A stretch of 62,519 nt of DNA, filler included, from Lenisia limosa (taxonomy: Eukaryota > Protista > Breviatea): the NCBI GenBank assembly GCA_001655205.1. It is 13 parts of 13 records of this genome, joined end to end, with 100 filler letters (N's around TTAATTAATTAA, not from the genome) between each part and the next. Parts side by side here need not be neighbours in the genome. Positions count along the whole stretch, not along the records: positions 60,862 to 62,519 come from LPNZ01004894.1; 12 more parts are not named here. One strand, 5' to 3'. A program made the translations under genes and the position numbers. Every line of letters starts with the position of its first letter. Positions within the stretch are counted from its first letter, which is position 1. This document shows positions 60,861 through 62,519 of the stretch, in pieces. The notes under the pieces were generated by a model. The model saw only the letters and a program-made list of their open reading frames with translations. It was not told the origin of the DNA and did not search any database.

Positions 60861-62480
60861 NGATACCAGCAAGCTCATCATTGATAAAGTCCACGATTTT
60901 ACTGAAAACCTAAATTGTGATACTGTGCGTGGGGAAGGGGAAGTAAAAATGGAAATAATGAAACAAAAAAAAAAGCCCAAAATCAACTCAGTTGGCTAGC
61001 ATTTGGGAAATACATAATGTTGAAAACAATAAAACAAAACCGGCCAGTTATCTGGAGCGTGGGTGTGGGTGTGCGTGGGAAGACCACACACACGCACTAA
61101 CAAACATATCATTTTTGTGGAATAAAAAACAATCAATTTGAAGTTTATCGATACTCCATGTAAGATATTTCACATAGTATATGTATAGTATTTATATCAT
61201 ATAGCTATATTATATACAGTATATATAACTATATGTACGATAATACACTATGTGTAAAAAATGTAAACAAATCAACTAAATTGCCAAAACAAGCACGTCC
61301 TCCCCCTCACATTGAAGTTGACATGAGTTTTGATGAAGTTTGAGAATGATGAAAATTCTTCAACTGTCACCCCTTCAATTTGCTGGAGTAGAGAGTCTGG
61401 GGGGGGGGGGTNNNNNNNNNNNNNNNNNNNNNNNNNNNNNNNNNNNNNNNNNNNNNNNNNNNNNNNNNNNNNNNNNNNNNNNNNNNNNNNNNNNNNNNNN
61501 NCGGGAAATATTGTAACGAAAGCTGGTATCCCCAGGTTTAATTTAAAATATTGCCTTATCCTCAAAACAATACCTCTATTTGAGTTGGACGAAGGAGCAC
61601 TGAAAAGAGTTTTAGGGGCCGGCCTGGGGTGTGTGATAGATTGAATTTGTGATACTACTATTATTATTAATTATATGTAGCTAGCTATATGATTTTAGTT
61701 TACAGTGACCGGGACAAGTCTTGACCAATTTGCAATGTGAAATCACTCTTGCTGAAGAACTAATCTGGTAGAAGAATTGGGAGAAATGAAGCATAAAAAC
61801 CTTGTAGTCAGGGGTATCTGGTCGAATTGAATATGTGAAAACGCCCCTCCCCTCACTCTTGGGGTCGGGCCTTCTCGTGAATATTGCTTTCTAAAGATGG
61901 TCAGAAAAAAAATGCAATTGTTCAGAAACGGAAATGATCAAATTTAAAAATAACAATGCAATTTATCAGAAATGCAAATGGTAGTCGTCTCGAAAGTATG
62001 GAAAGCATACCTCTAGCTTGGATAGCCTGTTTGCTGAATTCGGAGATGTCCGTCATGGTAGGGGTGGCACATTCCCAAAGCGCATCTCCTACGGGGGGGG
62101 GGGGGGGNNNNNNNNNNNNNNNNNNNNNNNNNNNNNNNNNNNNNNNNNNNNNNNNNNNNNNNNNNNNNNNNNNNNNNNNNNNNNNNNNNNNNNNNNNNNN
62201 NNNNNNNNNNNNNNNNNNNNCCATCTAAGCATCCTTCTTAGGATATTTCTCAAGCACCCTTCCTATGATAATATATTTCTCATCTCTCTATCTGCACCTT
62301 TCCAATGACACGATAGTTAGTGCTTCACTTCGGTTCGAAAAAGGACTGAATAAATCCTCGAAAACTATCGATATTTTACCGCTCTTTTTCGAACCGAAGT
62401 GAAGCGCTACTGATACGTATGAAATATCATATATATATGTAAGAACCTCACCTGGGGAGCTGGCTGCAACAGGGGTGGCT
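60861..62480 (-). CDS. Exons of an unidentified gene
   Basis: GDALWECATPTMTDISEFSKQAIQAR, DSLLQQIEGVTVEEFSSFSNFIKTHVNFN, VFSKIVDFINDELAGI; the first two follow C-rich AG acceptors. Confidence 0.45.
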
Positions 62481-62519
62481 AAAGACAAGGTGTTTATACG
62501 TGACCTAGGGGGGGGGGGG

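Noticed and set aside
1-62519. TAG reassigned to a sense codon
   Set aside because: RFC5, YIP1 and the papain-like gene end at TAG where their families normally end.
1-62519. Gene neighbourhoods across spacers as a functional cluster
   Set aside because: The contigs are concatenated and genes are cut at the spacers, so adjacency carries no information.

Overview
This is eukaryotic, not prokaryotic, DNA. It comes from an intron-rich microbial eukaryote; the gene set fits, but does not prove, an amoeboid protist. The window is a pseudo-molecule of about 13 contigs joined by 100-bp spacers (N44-TTAATTAATTAA-N44), so neighbours across spacers are probably unlinked. Many other N gaps sit at poly-G/poly-C runs. 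The six-frame ORF track is mostly spurious because genes are split into 15-200 bp exons; I spliced them by eye using GT-AG sites and protein motifs, with no database searches. Recognisable genes: RFC5, an RME-8/DNAJC13 fragment, YIP1, a fatty acyl-CoA reductase, a permuted papain-like protein, hybrid histidine kinase pieces, ABCF3/GCN20, BRR2, an AGC-kinase tail, a bacterial-type YqhD/Bdh iron alcohol dehydrogenase and three tRNAs. The most striking signal is in the introns. (1) A ~110-135 bp dispersed repeat (family A, ~16 copies or partials) repeatedly ends exactly at 3' splice sites, a candidate introner. (2) Motif-supported tiny introns of 23-32 nt coexist with 50-400 nt introns. (3) Intron 5' ends are often G-rich and 3' ends C-rich, and could pair. 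(4) Several MITE or non-autonomous transposon families are present (two TA-flanked, one TTAA-flanked), along with an intron-bearing pogo-type DDE transposase, a tyrosine-recombinase relic and a TRIM-like repeat. Gene coordinates are approximate unless stated exactly.
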